Part shown: piece by piece, positions 63,330 to 64,000 of the stretch
Layout of the letters: every line of letters begins with the position of its first letter
Position numbering within the stretch: the first letter of the stretch is position 1
From: Mobula hypostoma
Taxonomy: Eukaryota
Direction: 5' to 3'
DNA length: 64,000 nt
NCBI RefSeq assembly: GCF_963921235.1
Contig: NC_086108.1
Location: 116,686,001-116,750,000, forward strand
Notes under the pieces: model-generated
Databases searched by the model: none
The model's input: the letters and a program-made list of their open reading frames with translations, nothing else
Told to the model about the DNA's origin: nothing
Made by a program: the position numbers and the translations under genes

Positions 63330-64000
63330 ATTCTTCAAGGAAATAACAAGCAGAATAGACAAAAGAGTTAGTAGATGTTATTTAATTGTATTTTCAAACG
63401 TCTTTGACAAGGTGCAGCACATATGCTGCTTAACAACATAAAAGCCTGTGGTATTACAGGAAAGATACTAGCATGGATAGGTTGACTGACTGGCAGGAGG
63501 CAAAAAAATGGGAATAAAATAGGCCTTTCCTGGTTGTCTGCTGGTGACTAGTGGTCGGGATTGGGACTGCTTCTTTTCATGGTATGTGCAAATGATTTGC
63601 ATAACGGAATTGATAGCTTTATAGCCAAATTTGTGGACTATACGAAGATAAGTGGAAGGGCGGGTAGTGCTGAGAAAGCGGGGTGCCTCTAGAAGGACTT
63701 ATGCAGATTGGGAGAACTGGCAAAGAAGTGACAGATGGAATATAGTGTAGGTAAATAAATGGTCATGCACCTTGGTAGAAGAAATAAAGGCATAGACTAT
63801 CTTCTAAATGGGAAGAAATTTCAAAAATCAGAGTGCCAAGGGATTTGGGAGTCCTCATTCAGGTTTTCTTAAAGGTTAACTTGAAGGTTGAGTCGATGGT
63901 AAGGAAGGCAAATGCCATGCTAGCATTCATTTCGGAGAACTAGAATATAACAGAAAGGATGGTGAGGCTTTATAACGCACTGATCAGACCAAACAGAGTA
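63330..64000 (+). mobile_element. Degenerate CR1 RT fragment running off the window
   Basis: ttcttcaaggaaataacaagcagaatagac...tttgacaaggtg...aaatttgtggac, similar to 17190-17870. Confidence 0.8.

Noticed and set aside
58000..64000. Further upstream collagen exons
   Set aside because: I found no Gly-X-Y segment with splice sites by eye; the next exon is probably beyond the window.

Overview
This is eukaryotic vertebrate DNA, most likely a cartilaginous fish (inferred from the dominance of CR1 LINEs and the palindromic Penelope-type repeats). It contains the 3' end of one host gene on the minus strand, a clade-B fibrillar collagen closest to COL11A1. Eight coding exons can be spliced in frame with canonical GT-AG sites: 57920-57867, 55013-54978, 34056-34003, 33895-33655, 23127-23015, 15957-15889, 15766-15533 and 1122-976. 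They encode the end of the Gly-X-Y helix and the whole C-propeptide, followed by a 3'UTR with AATAAA near 550. Almost everything else is intronic repeat. This includes nested retroelements (many CR1 LINEs, a chromodomain Gypsy/Sushi element, a solo LTR, Rex1, RTE and Tx1 fragments), a ~20.6-kb G-rich 42-bp minisatellite with higher-order repeats, a 32-bp minisatellite and a CA-rich minisatellite. Three observations stand out: (1) a TSD-flanked palindromic insertion carrying minimal hammerhead-ribozyme motifs, intact antisense to the gene and disabled in the sense direction; (2) a minisatellite whose unit matches the exon/5'-splice-site junction; (3) the giant G-quadruplex-prone array filling one intron. 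No prokaryote-type system (CRISPR, operon) is present. Family names come from motif recognition, not database searches.
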